Source of the DNA: Mobula hypostoma
Lineage: Eukaryota
DNA length: 64,000 nt
Direction of reading: 5' to 3'
Assembly: GCF_963921235.1 (NCBI RefSeq)
Contig: NC_086097.1
Coordinates: 186,002,001-186,066,000 of the forward strand
Below the pieces are notes generated by a model, which had not been told where the DNA came from, made no database searches, and saw nothing but the letters and a program-made list of their open reading frames with translations. Positions 13,562 to 26,163 of the stretch are shown here, one piece after another. Positions within the stretch are counted from its first letter, which is position 1, and every line of letters begins with the position of its first letter. Made by a program: the position numbers and the translations under genes.

Positions 13562-14319
13562 GCACCTCTTCCTACAGATGCTGCCTGGCCTGCTGCATTC
13601 ACCAGCAACTTTGATGTGTGTTGCTTGAATTTCCAGCATCTGCAGAATTCCTGTTGTTTTTTATGGTTATTCTATTATTGATTTATTGAGTATGCCTGCA
13701 AGAAAATGAATCTCAGGGTTGTATATGGTGACATATGTGTACTTTGATAGTAAAGTTACTTTGAACATTAGATGAACCCAGCTCGCAAATCTACTTTTGC
13801 TGTAATGAATCACATGCTATTGGGAAGGCAGCAAGGAACGTGAGGTCTAGTGCCTCCAATATACCTAAGCAGTAGCTTTCAATTTGTTTCCTTTGTGCAT
13901 TACCTGTGTAATTTCATTTATTGCTGTAATAGACCTTACCAGGTGGTTGTATCAACAAAACCAGCACTTGTATTTCAGCATAGATAACACCACTCTTTAA
14001 CAAAGCTGCACACGGGCTAAAAATTGTAGCAATAAATGAAGTTAAAGTTGCAATGCACATTAACTCTGGACATCTGCAGCTCTTCCCTTTCAAGATGTTT
14101 ACTGATGATCCAGAAGGGAGGAGAGTGGACAGTTAATGTAAAACCACTTGGAAATATGCACACAGGCACATCAAATAGCACACTTTATAGCTAACTTCTG
14201 TCACAGCTTCTCGAATAATGTTGCACAAGCTTATTTGTCTATGCGCCCTTTAACCGACCCCATCCTACCATGATGCATTCTCTCAGTTCCCTTTTCACTT
14301 GTAACAAGTTTTGATCTTT

Positions 14320-15020
14320 TAACCTTCAGAATCAGGTTTAGTATCACCAGCATGTGGTGTAAAATTTATTATATGGCAGCAGTACATTGTAATGCATAAC
14401 AAAAATTGAATTACAGTAAGAAAGGTATATATCAAAAATGAAATTAAGTAGTGCAAAAAGGTAGTGAAGTGGAGTTCATGTCCATTTAGAAATCTGATGG
14501 CAGAGGGGAAGAAGCTGTAACTGAATTGCTGAGTGTTCACCTTCCGGCTCCTGTACCATCTCCCTGATTGATGGCAGCAATGAAAAGAGGGCATGTCCTG
14601 GGCAATGAGGTTCTTTAATGGTGGATGCTGCTTTTCTGAGGCATCACTGCTTGAAGATGTCCTGGATGCTGGGGAGGCTAGTGCCCATGATGTAGTAGAC
14701 TGAGTTTACAACTTTCTGTGCAGTGCCCCCCTCCCACCCAACCGTACCATATGGTGATGCAGCCAGTTAGAATGCTCTCCACGGTACATCTATAGAAGTT
14801 TGCGAGTGTCTTTGGTGACATACCAAATCTCCTCAAACTCCTAATGAAATATAGCAGCTGTCATACCTTCGTTATCACTACATCGATATGTTGGGTCCCG
14901 GATGGATCCTTGGAGATGTTGCCACTCAGGAACTTGAAATTGCTCACTATTTCCACTTCTGATCCCTCTGAGGGCTGGTGTGTGTTCCTTTGTCTTAACG
15001 TTTCTGAAATCAATTCTTTG
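14320..15020 (-). mobile_element. Rex1/Babar-type LINE 3' fragment
   Basis: Minus-strand SGRWYRSRKVNTQQFSYSFFPSAIRFLN C-terminal motif and an aaacctgattctga tail. Confidence 0.75.
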
Positions 15021-16189
15021 GTCTATTGCCTATTGCTCTTTTGAGAGACCTTGAAAGAGTATTTTTCACTTTTATCACAACTTGAAACAATTTTTTAGCT
15101 TGATGTGCAACTTGACCTGTATAGACTGTGGAGTGAGTAGTATGGAGGGAACTTATGGTAATTGTGCTTCAAAAGCAGCTCGGTTGATTCTGTCTTGCAG
15201 ATTACAAAATTTAGTTGTCTGCCCTAACCATACTTGAAGTAATGATCAAGTTCATGTTTGCACTAAATTTCGATGTGGCTTTTAATTAATCTGGAAACAT
15301 TTGAATTGTGACATTTTAGTATTTAGTCAGAATTGTTCTCCAGGCAAGGTTGAAAGGACCAACCCTCCTTTCATGCTGGTCCCAGATACCACATCATCCT
15401 GATTGAAGAAGAGCTTGAAATGGTCATTAGCACATGAGAATACTAGGGCTAGTATTCTCATTCATGTTCAACTAACTATACTGGGCCTCTGCACTTCATC
15501 GTATAGCACTCACTTAAATATGTGAGTGCACAATTAAATAATGTGATTTTGTGAAGCAGCATATCCGGGCAGAATGTTTGGTGGTTATATAGCACATGTG
15601 AGCTGAGCTGATGAATTAAGGGCATTTCACAAATAGTACTGTGTACTGAATATCACCAAGGTGATATGGGTTTAAGTTGTTTTCCTGCATTAGTGCAAAC
15701 AGGCCCAATAAGCAGCTGTTAGAAAACCCAGATAATTAGACCATGTGAGCAATAATTATTGGCTTGTGTCCTGATTCATTTATTTCCCTAGAATACAGAA
15801 AAAATGTATGGTGTTTACATTTTCAATTTTTAATTTCACATTGGTGTTAGTAAAAACACTGGGACTAATTGCTGTCACTTTGCAGTGTTTATGAAGCTTG
15901 TGTGCAAATTAACTTCAAAGTTTCATGCATCACAAGAGTGATTAGACTTCAAAACAAACTTTATTAGCTGTGAAGTCCTTTAAAATGTCCCGAGGTCATG
16001 AAAGATAATTTGTAACTCTGTGGCTTTCAATATTCCTTGTGCGTTTACATTTTGTTTCTTTGGGGCAAAATTAGTGTTGGTCTAGATCAGCATGGAAACA
16101 ACTAAACATACATCAGGCTGTTGTTAATTGATTACAGCTTGGTGTTCAATTAAAGGTTAATGTTCAACACTATCAGTATTAATAAGAAA

Positions 16190-16810
16190 GACCAATGCAA
16201 TATCAGCATTCATTTCAAGCGAACTGAGGTATAAAAGCAAGGATGTAAGGCTGAGGCTATATTAGGCATTGGTCAGACCACATTTGAAGTATCGTGAGCT
16301 GTGTTGGGCCCTATGTCTAAGAGAGTGGAGAGGGTTCAGAGGAGGTTTACGAGAATGATTCAGGGAATGAAAGGATTAACATACTGTATGAGGAGCACTT
16401 GATGGCCCTGGACCTGTGCTTGTTGGAGTTTAGAAGAATGAGGCGTGAATCTCATTGAAACCTGTTGAATATTGAAAGGCCTCGATAGAGTAGAGGTGCA
16501 GAGGATGTTTCCAATAGTTGGGAGATCCATGACCAGAATGTACAACCTCAGTAGGTCCCTTTTGAACAGAGATGAGGATTTTCTTTGGTCAGAGGGTGGT
16601 AAATCTATGGAATTCATTGCATTAAACAGCTATGAAGCCAAGCCATTGGGTATTGTTCAAGTAGAGATTGATAGACACTTGATTAGCAATAACATCAAAG
16701 GTTATGGGGAGATGGCAGGAGAATGGATTGAGTGAGGTAATGAATCAGCTATGATCGAATGGCATAGCTGTCTTGATTGGCTGAAAAGCCTAAACCTGGG
16801 CCTCTACCTC
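16190..16810 (+). mobile_element. CR1 LINE 3' fragment
   Basis: RLY-ALVRPHL-Y, ERVQRRFTRMI and KGLDRV motifs followed by the CR1 3' UTR. Confidence 0.85.
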
Positions 16811-16959
16811 CCTCTTAGATCCTTGACTTCCTTATCAAGAGGCAGTAATAAGTGCAGATCAGTAATAAACATCTCTTGCTGGCAATCAGCACAGATACAG
16901 CTCAAGGATGCATGGTTAGTCCATTGTTCTATTCTGCTCTCCCAACGCTCGTGGCTGAG

Positions 16960-17920
16960 TGGTTAGATGCAGGTCAAATACCATCTATAAATTTGTAGAT
17001 GGCACCACTGTGCAGGTAATATCACAGATGGTGATGAAGTGGCAGACATGACTGAGGTAGTTTGGCTGGTTAAGTGAGGTGTTGCGATAACAACCTCACA
17101 CTCAGCATCAACAATGTCAAGAAACTGATTGTAGACTTCAGGAATGGCAAGTCAGCAGAACATACACCTGTCCTCATTGAAAGGGAGAGCAGCCTCAAAT
17201 TCCTGGGTGTCAGTATCTTAGAGGATCTGTCCTGCCCCCGCAGCACATTGATGCAGTCATGAAGAAGACACATCAGTGGCTCTAGTCCATTGGGGGTTTC
17301 AGGAGACTGGCTCTGTCACCAGAGACAGTTGCACATTCCTACAGATATATGGTGGAGAGTGCTTGCATCACAGTCTGGTGTGGAAGCTCCAATGCACGGG
17401 ATCACAAGAAGCTTTCTGATTTTGATTTATTATTGTCACATGTACCAAGATACAGTGAAAACTTCTCTTGCATACTGTTTACACAGTGCATTGTGCTAGA
17501 ATAAGGTAAAACAATGAAATGCAGAATAAAGTGTAAAAAGCATGACACAGCTTGCTGTCTCAGCATAATCGAAGACCCCACCCACTGCGGACATTCTCCT
17601 CTCCCCTCTCCAATGGGGCAGAAGATGGGAAAGCCTGAAAGCACTGACCAGTAGGCTCAAGAACCTCTTCTATCCTGCTGTTATCAGACTCTTGAACGGA
17701 CCTCTTGTACGATAAGATATACTCTTGACATCATAATCTACAGTACTTCATTATGATCTTGTACTGTTTATCTGCCCTGCGCTTTCTCTTTTACGCTTGA
17801 CATTGTTATCAATTTACCTCATTCTCCTTCTATGCACTGTGAAATGATTTGATCTGTATGAACTGTATGCAAGGCCAACTTTGCACTGTATCTTGGTATA
17901 TGTGATAATAATAAACCAAT
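16960..17920 (+). mobile_element. Rex1/Babar-type LINE 3' fragment(s)
   Basis: CCDNNLTLSINNVKKLIVDFR...KFLGVSILEDLS; IIEDPTHCGHS. Confidence 0.75.
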
Positions 17921-18959
17921 ACCACATCATGAACCACCAAATTTTTGAAGTCAAGATATTACTAGGAGTTTTACTGGAGTGTCCTAGACCAAATCACCAA
18001 TTGCTTGTTCAGCATTGGGAATGCCTGTCATATTTAGTTCCATTTTCAAGTGTAATACCATTGGATTAGTTAAATCTCACACACCTGTCACCAGTATCTT
18101 CCTCCCCCTCATTGAGGTTGCAGTTCACTAGATACTCTTGTGCAGACTGGAGCCTGGGAATTTGTTTCCTGCTCTGAGTATATTGGAATGAAGCCCAGAC
18201 AAGAAGTGTTTTCCTTCCTGACTTACCAAAGGCTTCTTACTATCTATAGGGCAACATTGGAACTGTGAAGGAATACTTTCCAGTTGTCTGGATATTTGCA
18301 GCTCCGACAATATTCAGGTAACTTGACTCCAGGATAAAGCAACCACATGTTTGCACTCCCTCCCCCAGTGGTGCAGATGTGGGTGAAATTTGTTATTGTC
18401 TTCCAAGACCTGGAAGGGCAAAGGCAGTAGGTGGATGGGAATGCTAACCCATGCATTTTCCTGAAGGCCTGCATTATCCTTGGGATCAAATTCACTGCCC
18501 ACAATCCTGACATGATTCATTCCAGGAGGTTTCTCTAATTGGTTGTGGGAGGTTTTTGTCAGGTTCAAGGTTAAGATGGGCAGTTAACATTTCAAATTGC
18601 AACTGGAAGAGATTAGAAAAGAAATGGATTGTGAAAATCATCAGTCTCAGTAACTGTCAAAATGCATATAGATTCAAACTACAATAGCCAGGGACATAAA
18701 TTAGTTCTGAATAGACATCAAAGACCTTTGGAGTTGGATGCTGTTGGGAAATGCTGACATTTATTTATTCCTCAGTATTAATTCTCAAGAATATGTGGAC
18801 TTGGCTCAGTAATAGCAAATCTATTAATTTGAAAGGACAGGAATGCTGTTCAGGAGAAGAATGCCTACAAGATAAATTGCACTTTAAATTACCTGTTCGA
18901 ATAAACAGTGATCAACCTGAAATGTTAAACTTGCAAATTAAAACAGACGACAGGGTTTA

Positions 18960-19978
18960 GGCTACGTCCACACTATGCCAGATAATTTTGAAAATGAAGC
19001 TTTTTCTCTTCGTTTTGACCTTCTGTCCACACTTAAACGGGGATTTTCAGAAATGGTCTCCAGAGTGAATGAATCTGAAAATGCCTGATACCCGTTGCAG
19101 TGTGTACGGGGTAACCGGAGCTTTTTAAAACCGCTGTCATGACGTGCCGGAACAAATGGCGGCAGCACGGCTCCCCCCTCCTCCCCCTCCTCCCCCTCCT
19201 CCTTTTTTCCTCCTATATTGTTTAGAGCGTACAATCATCACAGCGATATTTGATCTGCGCTTCGCAGAACCTAACAATTTCAGAACAGACGGCAATGAGA
19301 CTGAAGCCAGAAGAGTTAGAAATGTACTCACCAAATACTTCGACCCATAGCTTACTGAATAAATAAGTATACTCACTTTGCCCTGTTTTCTGTCCTTGCT
19401 TGTATGAAGGTAAGGACAGAAAACACCCTAAGCCACCTCCAGTTTAAATTCCATGCGGAATATTTTGGAAGACCAAGAACCAAGGTGGTTTACTAAGTTA
19501 TGCAAGTACTTCTCTGACAATAGATATGTAACAGCCTAATGTAACATTTTATAGAAATACAAGATAACACTGATGCAGTCATGTTTTATACATTTAACAA
19601 GCTGCTTTATTAATACAACGGAGTTGGTCAGTTTTTCAATGTTCGTCATCAGTTGAGTCATACTGTCTGAATTCCCTGTCGGTTGCCTCCATATGCTCCA
19701 GTGTTTGTTTTTATTTAGTTTTAAGTCCTCCTGCGCAAGAGCCAAGAGCAATTCCTTTTAAGTTTTTCTAGTCTGTAACTAGACAAATACGCACCAAGTA
19801 TACTGTTTCCTCTTCGCTTGTTTTCTGTGTGTCCTGCGCATGCCTAGTAGGAGAAGATTTGCCAAAATATCAGTCTAATGTGGACAGAGATATTTTGAAA
19901 AACGCTTAGTGTGGATGCCTATCGTTTTTACTCGAAACCGGCGTTTTCAAAATTATCCGGCGTAGTGTGGAAGTAGCC
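18960..19978. mobile_element. PIF/Harbinger non-autonomous DNA transposon
   Basis: About 33-bp TIRs ggctacgtccacactatgccagataattttgaaaa / ttttcaaaattatccggcgtagtgtggaagtagcc, with a TTA TSD on both sides (18957-59, 19979-81). Transposase C-terminal remnant EARRVRNVLTKYFDP* on +. Confidence 0.9.
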
Positions 19979-20980
19979 TTAGACTCGTCTGATGTTCAGT
20001 TCTGATATTTTCCCGTCGTCCAGTCATTGTCTGTTGTAATATATACCTGAATAACTGGCTTTTATTGCAACACCACCAATCTAGTCCCTCACCTTAATCT
20101 CATTTTCTATTTGGAGAAATCAGACCTATTATGTTGCAGCGTAAATCCAACCGTTGGCAGTTATTTTCATTGACTTTTTATCCTCGCACTGGAGGAGGCT
20201 GAACCTTGCCTTCTAGATTGCATGTCATTGAATCGTTGGAGTTTGCAGCAGTCGCTACCTTTGCCAAGACAAACTTTCCTTTTGGTTTTCAGTACTGTAC
20301 TGTTTTCTTCAGCATACATTCTAGGGGGCGGTCAATAATGGAGTTTCTCAGTAGGTACCAGTTTTCTGTTTGACCTTCGTCCCTTTAGGGTTTCTTGATT
20401 ACTTGGCATAGTTTTTGTCATTATATTAAAAAAAATGGTGCAGGAGTTGGTCATTTGGTCTGATGGTTGCACACTGGATGATCATTGTTGGTTATATGCT
20501 TAAGTGCCTTGTTACTGCCATCTCCCCAGTTTGCATTACTCCCTTAAATGTAGGAAAAACCTTTATATACTTTGCATATTTTAAATAATATGACCTCCTC
20601 CTGTGGTAGTGAATCCCACAACGGTGTCACTCTCTTGGTGACGAAGTTTATTCTGATCTTGGTTTCTGAGATAGTGATTCCTGGTTCTGGATTCTTCAGC
20701 CATCAAGAACATCCTTCCTGAATCTAGATGGCCTGGTCCCATTAGAATTTTGTCAAGTTCTGGGAGTAGCTCCTGATCTGTTGTATATCAGTAGGCATGG
20801 CCTACCTAATCTCTCCTCCTATGATAGATCATGCCACCCCAGGAACTGATCTAGCAATACTGTGAATATTTCGTTTTTAGGCAAGACTTAATTTTAGCTG
20901 AGTATCTAAATAATTGTGCAAAGATAATAAGACATTTTAAGAAAAAAAGTTTTAACTTCGTAGACCTGCTTGTTAGGCTG

Positions 20981-21961
20981 TTTGTAAACACAACATTCTC
21001 TACAGATGCTGGGGTCAAAGAAACACGCACAACACGCTGGAAGAACTCAGCAGGTCGGGCAGCATCCGTTGAAAGGATCAGTCAACGTTTCGGGCTGGAA
21101 CTCTTTGTCAGGAATGAAGAGGGGCAGAGGCCCTATAAAGAAGGTTGGGGGAGGGTGGGAAGGAGAAGGCTGGTAGGTTCCAGGTGAAAAACCAGTAAGG
21201 GGAAAGATAAAGGGGTGGGGGAGGGGAAGCAGGGAAGAGATAGGCAGGAAAGGTGAAGAAGGAATAGGGGAAAGCACAATGGGTAGTAGAAGGAGGCGGA
21301 ACCAAAAGGGAGGTAGTAGGCAGCTGGAGGCGGGGGCAAAGTGAAACTGGGATGGGGGAAGGGAGGGGGAGGGAATTACCGGAAGTTGGTAAATTTAATG
21401 TTCATGCCATCTGGCTGGAGACTACCCAGACAGTATATGAGGTCTTGCTCCTCCAACCTGAGTTTGGCCTCATTATGGCAGTAGCGGAGGCCACGTATGG
21501 ACATATCTGAATGGGAATGTGAACCAAAGTTGAAGTGGATGGCAACTGGGAGATCCTGTCTGCTGTGGCGGATGGAGCGGAGGTGCTCGACGAAGCGGTC
21601 CCCCAATCTGCGTCCGGTCTCACCGATGTAGAGGAGGCTGCACCGGATGCAATGGATGACCCCAACAGTCTGCCTATCACCTCCCTCTTGGTCTGCCTCT
21701 TTCTACTACCCATTGTGTTTTCCCCTATTCCTCCTTCACCTTTCCTGCTTATCCCCTCCCTGCTTCTCCCCCCCCACCCCTTGATCTTTCCCCTTACTGA
21801 TTTTTCACCTGACACCTACCTGCCTTCTCCTTCCGACCCTCCCCCCACCTTCTTTATAGGGCTCTGTCCCCTCCTTCTTCAGGCCTGACGAAGGGTTTCG
21901 GCTCAAAAGGTTGACTGTTCGTTTCCACGGATGCTGCCCGACCTGAGTTCCTCCAGCGTGT
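20981..21961 (-). mobile_element. PLE insertion: GIY-YIG 3' end and pLTR (minus) joined to an inverted pLTR (plus)
   Basis: Minus ORF GDRFVEHLRSIRH...LGSLQPDGMNIKF. Inverted arms at about 21030-21326 and 21667-21961. 14-bp TSD tgcttgttaggctg (20967-80, 21962-75). Confidence 0.88.
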
Positions 21962-23849
21962 TGCTTGTTAGGCTGGTAGGGTGCCATTGTCAGCATTATG
22001 TCATAGGATATGAATATGTAAACTAACTGCAAAGCTGACATAGAAATGCAGTATTCGTAAATTATGGAACAAATGTAATGCTGGATGGGAAATCCATTAC
22101 AAATTGTTAAAAGGAGAGGTCTAGTTCCGGTCAAGATGGCGCTGAGCAGCGGTCTCTGTTGAGATCATGGCTCAGAATGTTTTAAATTCATAGAATGGTT
22201 TTGGGTCAGAGAGGGGGATAAGGGTTTAGCGACAGGGATGTGGAGGAGTTTGAAGTCAAGTCTCCGCTCCACACTCTGTGTTTAAAGTCCAGAGTTGTGG
22301 TCAATGATGAAAGGACAGCCCGAAACCAAACCTCTGATCCACTTTCAAAGTCCAGCGATGAGAGCATAGGGACGAGCAAGATTCGGAATATAGTCTTGTG
22401 CTCTGTGCTTGAAGGCCGGACGTAGACAGGGGACGAAGGACAGTGGGACCTAGGCTCGGATGTCCATGTGGGCAGGAGGCACAAGGGCTGTTCAGTCAGT
22501 GAGCCCAGAGTACAAAGTCTCATCATCAACTATTCTGCGGGTAGATACCGAAAATCAAAGCCCGAAGGTCAGTCGGAATTCTGATGGCCAGAGGCTGAAG
22601 AGGAGACTTGTTCTTGGGTTGGAGGTGTGTCTGTGTGGGCGGGTTTGTGGCTTGTTGTGCTAAGCATTGTGGGTACACTATGTTGGTGCTAGAATGTGTT
22701 GCAACACTTCCAACTGCCTCCAGCACATCAGTAGGTGTGTTGCTTTGTGTGTTAACAACCATTTCACTGTACATTACCATGTACAGTACATGCGGTAAAT
22801 CTGAATGCAATTTGTGGGTTTTTAGATTACAGAAAATTATTTTGTAACTAAGTTGACAGAACCACTGATGGCATTGTTTATAAAATAAACCTGCTTTGCC
22901 TTGCTGTTAAATTTAGAATATTTTAATTTGATTCTTTGCTGCTCTTGTTCATAACTCTATTTTTGCTTCCATTATTGAATTGCTCTGTTAGTTCTGAGAA
23001 GCAATACCTGCTCAGCTTTTGATGACTCTCTTATCTGTTGCTTGCCGAGGGTGGCCACTGTTTGGATAGAGTAGGGATGGGAGAGTGGTAAAGTGGGTAG
23101 AGATGCCGGGCAAGCAGAGAATAAACAGTGGATTTTTGCAATACCCAATAGAGCAATAATTGGCTTCCTGTTATAACTGCATTTGGCACCGTTAACTGCA
23201 ATTATTTTTTTCACCCTCCCCGCATGCCTACTAATTCTTAATATTCAAATTTAGTATTTAGGTAAGTTTTAACAAATTCATATCATTTCAGATATATTAT
23301 GACTATATTAGTTAATCTTAAGCAGTGCATGTGGATAACATTTTAAATTTATTGTCTGCCACTTGTACGGAATATCATAACAGTTATCCAGGTTTGACTG
23401 AACCTGATTCAAACTTAAAATTGTATTTGTAGCTTAATTGTTAACTTGGTAAGTTTTTAAAAGAAATATTAACAAATAATTTAACTTAAATGCAAGCTGT
23501 TCTTTCCATGTATTTTTATAGGGCTTTTCAGAATCTCTGAGCTTATTATAAACTTTGCTCATAATTTAATATTAGTATACCAGAAGCAGTAAGATAGTGA
23601 CCATAACTCGGTTTTGGAGATGTTGCTTGATGTATATCTGTACTGGAACTTTTTATTTAGTAAGGGAATGGAGAGACTTGGTGTCTGGGAATGTCTTTCA
23701 TCCTCCCAATCTCCAGTAAAACATTTGGATATGTGTAACGGTGAGAATATGGATTTTTTAAATCCCTGTGTATCTCTAGTGTTTGATCAGTCCTCCAAAG
23801 ATACCATGTAAAGTCACTTACCTTTCAATAAATGGAGATAAAAAATATC

Positions 23850-24330
23850 AGAATCCTGGAAATCAAAACAAATTAAACAAAACAGGCTGGATTATTCACC
23901 AAGTGGAAAGTGTAACAGTTGATATTTTGGGTCTGAGATCATTGACTAGAACTGCGAAAGAGGTAAGACAGGTTTTTAAGGAGCAGGATGTATAGAGCAA
24001 AGGGAATACAGGTACCTCTAATAGCGTGAAAGCTAATAGTTTAAAGGACTCTGTTGCCAGTGCATTAGGCTCCTTTGTAATCTGTTGTAAATGATGAGAT
24101 TGCAGGGTATGTTCAGTAGGTCAGATTGTCCAAGTAAAATAATCTGAACCACAGTGATACAGGCCATCACAAAGAGTGAGCTAACTAAAATTGCAGAGTT
24201 CTTTAATGAGTCCAGAAGTCTGTGACCTGCCCAGTCAGACAATGAAGTGCGATCTTCGAATCTACGTGTGGTCTCATTGCAAAGGTGCTGAAGGCCACAG
24301 ATAGAAAAGTCAGATTGGGAGTGTGATAAT
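23850..24330 (-). mobile_element. Old, decayed Penelope-like fragment
   Basis: Minus-strand LSHSQSDFSICGLQHLCNETTRRFE resembles the GIY-YIG C-terminus. Degenerate pLTR. Confidence 0.55.
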
Positions 24331-24879
24331 TCAAGTTCTGAAAACACTTTTATTTCAAACTGTACTTTTGAGGGAGTGGAAAAACTGAAAGTAAACCAGT
24401 TTGATGTTTATAAGGCTACGTGTATGCATTTTTAGCCCTCGTTCTCTGTATTCTTGTACACCCAACACAAAATACACTGAATCTAACCTTCATCCATTGA
24501 CACCTTGGAGTTTTAGCTATTGAATGAATATTTAAGTCCAGGCTGTGCTCTGTGACAGATAGTGATGCCTCTATCGTTATGCTGTGGCATGGATTCCCAC
24601 TAGAGATCAATGAACCCAAGCAAATTGCCTGTGCATTCCTATGGCAAACCAGGTCTGGATTGAGATGGGAGACCTCATTCATTTCAATAAGGATGCTCAG
24701 CCTGCAGATTAGAAGTCAAAAGGGAAGTTGAATTTTTAACTCAAAATACTTAAAGGTATTTTGTTTTGAAATTAAATTTGTTTTTTAACGGTTACATCAA
24801 TCTTAAGTTTTGAATGTTTTTAAACATTAGAAACATTAAGAACTGTCAACTGCAGTTAGAGCTCTGTCCAAAGTACTTC

Positions 24880-25270
24880 AAAGACCATCAAGTCTGCTCT
24901 GCCATTCTATCACGGCTGATTTATTATCTTTCTCAATCCCATCCGCCTGCCTTCTCCCCATAACCTTATGGTCATAGTCATACTTTATTGATTCCGGGGG
25001 AAATTGGTTTTCATTACAGTTGCACCTAAATAATAAATAGTAATAGAACCGTAAATAGTTAAATAGTAATATGTAAATTGTGCCAGTAAATTATGAAATA
25101 AGTCCAGGACCAGCCTATTGGCTCAGGGTGTCTGACTCTCCAAGGGAGGAGTTGTAAAGTTTGATGGCCACAGACAGGAATGACTTCCTATGACACCTTT
25201 ATTAATTAAGAACCTATAAACCTTCACTTTAAATATACCCAAAGGATGTCTGTGACAATGAAATGACTTT
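24880..25270 (-). mobile_element. CR1 3' end interrupted by a short Rex1 3' end (about 24968-25192)
   Basis: The CR1 3' UTR (ccttctccccataacc...acaccttttattaattaagaacc) is split by a minus-strand KSFLSVAIKLYNSS with a (gactat)-type tail. Confidence 0.7.
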
Positions 25271-25759
25271 AGTCTGGGTAGCCTCCAACCTGATGGCATG
25301 AACATCGACTTCCCTAACTTCTGCTAAGGCCCCACCTCCCCCTCGTACCCCATCTGTTACTCATTTTTATGCACACATGCTTTCTCTCACTCTCCTTTTT
25401 CTCCCTCTGTCCCTCTGAATATACCTCTTGCCCATCCTCTAGGTCACCCCCCCTCCTCCTTGTCTTTCTTCCCGGACCTCCTGTCCCATGATCCTCTCGT
25501 ATCCCCTTTTGCCTATCACCTGTCCAGCTCTCGGCTCTATCCCTCCCCCTCCTGTCTTCTCCTATCATTTTGGATCTCCCCCTCCCCCTCCAACTTTCAA
25601 ATCCCTTACTCACTCTTCCTTCAGTTAGTCCTGACGAAGTGTCTCGGCCTGAAAAGTCGACTGCACCTCTTCCTATAGATGCTGCTTGGCCTGCTGCGTT
25701 CACCAGCAACTTTGATGTATGTTGCTTGAATTTCCAGCATCTGCAGAATTCCTGTTGTT
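25271..25759 (+). mobile_element. PLE 3' end and pLTR, same young subfamily as 12577-13660
   Basis: Nearly colinear and highly similar to about 13168-13658. Confidence 0.9.
25627..25662 (+). ncRNA. Minimal type-I hammerhead ribozyme motif (mutated)
   Basis: agtc-CTGACGA-agtgtctcggcct-GAAA-ag-TC-gact. Confidence 0.7.
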
Positions 25760-25934
25760 AGACATTTTTACTTTGGATTGCTAAGCAAATTATGGAATAT
25801 GGAATGTGGGTAATGCTCATCATATCTTTTCTTATCCTTGTTCAGTCCTGAGCCCACCAGCATGGTAAAGCTAATCAAGATCCAATGCAGTGGTAATTCT
25901 TTGTAAAATGTAGATTACAACTAAATAACATGAC

Positions 25935-26163
25935 TGAAACACCTTCAATTACTCCAAAAGACTGAGCTTTGGTAAAATACTGAAAGGCTTTTATTCGCTG
26001 TACAATACGACCTCCACAGTGAGTGTCTGCCCCCGGACTGAGGGGGAGGGGCAAGGCGAACACCTTTATACAGGACTCTGTGGGAGGAGCCACAGGGGCA
26101 GTCAGCAGAGGGGCGTGTCCAGACAGGTAACCGAGTTACAACATATATACATGGTTTACCAAA
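25935..26163 (-). mobile_element. Solo LTR (229 bp) with 5-bp TSD
   Basis: ATGAC flanks both sides (25930-34, 26164-68). Minus-strand TATAAA and AATAAA occur in the correct order, and the element ends in ...gtttCA. Confidence 0.75.

Larger units (their letters stand above)
12577..13660 (+). mobile_element. Penelope-like retroelement (Neptune-like), 5'-truncated, young
   Basis: Linker RVPLVLTYHP, Cys cluster CKRNKCYTCP, GIY-YIG domain, C/T-rich pLTR and hammerhead. 12-bp TSD ttacggttattc (12565-76) / ttatggttattc (13661-72). Confidence 0.92.
11690..13770 (+). mobile_element. Rex1/Babar-type LINE 3' fragment, interrupted by a PLE at 12577-13660
   Basis: FKFAD(D)TAVIGQIKGDD RT motif and KELIFDFRR. 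The 3' tail gcaagaaaatgaatctcagggttgtatatggtgacat resumes after the PLE. Confidence 0.75.

Noticed and set aside
13209..13681. Multiple overlapping ORFs recurring at 13.2-13.7 kb, 25.3-25.8 kb and 50.8-51.0 kb
   Set aside because: These are translations of the non-coding PLE pLTR. The recurrence reflects repeat copies, not a gene family.
19137..19376. Poly-Pro and poly-Gly ORFs on both strands
   Set aside because: Translation of a (cctccc)n low-complexity tract inside the Harbinger element.
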